Part shown: positions 63,518-64,000 of the stretch, one piece after another
Numbering within the stretch: the first letter of the stretch is position 1
Layout of the letters: every line of letters starts with the position of its first letter
IMG/VR virus record: IMGVR_UViG_3300014205_000011
Span: 1-64,000 of that record
DNA from: a virus
Taxonomy: Duplodnaviria; Caudoviricetes
Direction: 5' to 3' (one strand)
DNA length: 64,000 nucleotides
Translations under genes and position numbers: made by a program
Notes under the pieces: generated by a model
Database searches by the model: none
What the model was told of the DNA's origin: nothing
What the model saw: only the letters and a program-made list of their open reading frames with translations

Positions 63518-64000
63518 TTAGTCAATAAAACTAGTTAATAAACTAGTTACATTTGTTTTAGGTTTAAATTTCATCATAGATACTACATCTACAACTTTTT
63601 CTTGTGATTCAGTAGCAGATGTTACAGTACCAATATTTGTCATCCAATCATAAGATTTACTATCATACTTATCTACAAACTCTTGTTGAGTCATAAATGT
63701 CCAAGTACCATCATTATAAGTACTATTTTTAGCACAAAATCCTTTAATACTGCAATAACCCCAATAATTACCATCTATAACACATTCTACATAACTTAAT
63801 TTTGTAGAAGTAACTTTTGGAAATGCTTTTTTAATAACACTATTTACAAGTGCACAATTTGTTACATCTGTAATTACTATTTTATTAGGATCTGATATAG
63901 GTTTATTTTGATATAACTCTAAAAACTTTGATTCTGTTAGGAATGTGTAATCATTATACGTATTACTATCTCTATAACCTGATTCATCACCAAAAAAAAC
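63518..64000 (-). CDS. Hypothetical protein (5' truncated) with internal repeat
   Basis: Open frame from the window edge: VFFGDESGYRDSNTYNDYTFLTESKFLELY...TYNDGTWTFMTQQEFVDKY...FID*. Confidence 0.65.
   Translation of the reverse strand, partial: VFFGDESGYRDSNTYNDYTFLTESKFLELYQNKPISDPNKIVITDVTNCALVNSVIKKAFPKVTSTKLSYVECVIDGNYWGYCSIKGFCAKNSTYNDGTWTFMTQQEFVDKYDSKSYDWMTNIGTVTSATESQEKVVDVVSMMKFKPKTNVTSLLTSFID

Noticed and set aside
1-64000. Genome-wide stop-codon reassignment (known in some crAss-like phages)
   Set aside because: Very long ORFs are intact under the standard bacterial code, TAG/TGA fall at plausible gene ends, and no suppressor tRNA was seen.
1-64000. CRISPR array, integrase or IS element
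   Set aside because: No regularly spaced direct repeats and no recombinase or transposase motifs were seen.

Overview
This is a 64 kb segment of an AT-rich lytic phage genome with the gene content and order of a crAss-like (Crassvirales) phage. A Bacteroidota host is inferred from TAnnTTTG promoter boxes, the lack of obvious Shine-Dalgarno sites and Bacteroidota-type lipoprotein signals. The plus strand (1-31307) encodes fibre/receptor-binding proteins, a lysis cassette (u-spanin-like, holin-like, glucosaminidase), tail ring and muzzle proteins, and the ejected cargo proteins, including a 3499-aa virion RNA polymerase (DFDID motif, internal HExxH zincin motif). The minus strand (31294-64000) is the early/replication region: primase, SSB-like, Sak4-like ATPase, DnaB-like helicase, SF2 helicase, family B DNA polymerase split by a 930-nt group I intron carrying a GIY-YIG gene, RNA ligase, dNMP kinase, tRNA-Trp, a damaged tRNA-Arg and a tRNA-like RNA. 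Two things stand out. (1) A compact, apparently complete phage-encoded ubiquitin-like conjugation operon (Ubl - E2-like - JAB - E1/ThiF, 36901-40468) lies directly behind the primase. (2) About 26 small paralogous ORFs sharing an (N/S)-L-F-(L/I)-P motif are dispersed in arrays between the core replication genes. All product calls come from motifs read by eye and recalled family knowledge; no database search or folding computation was run.
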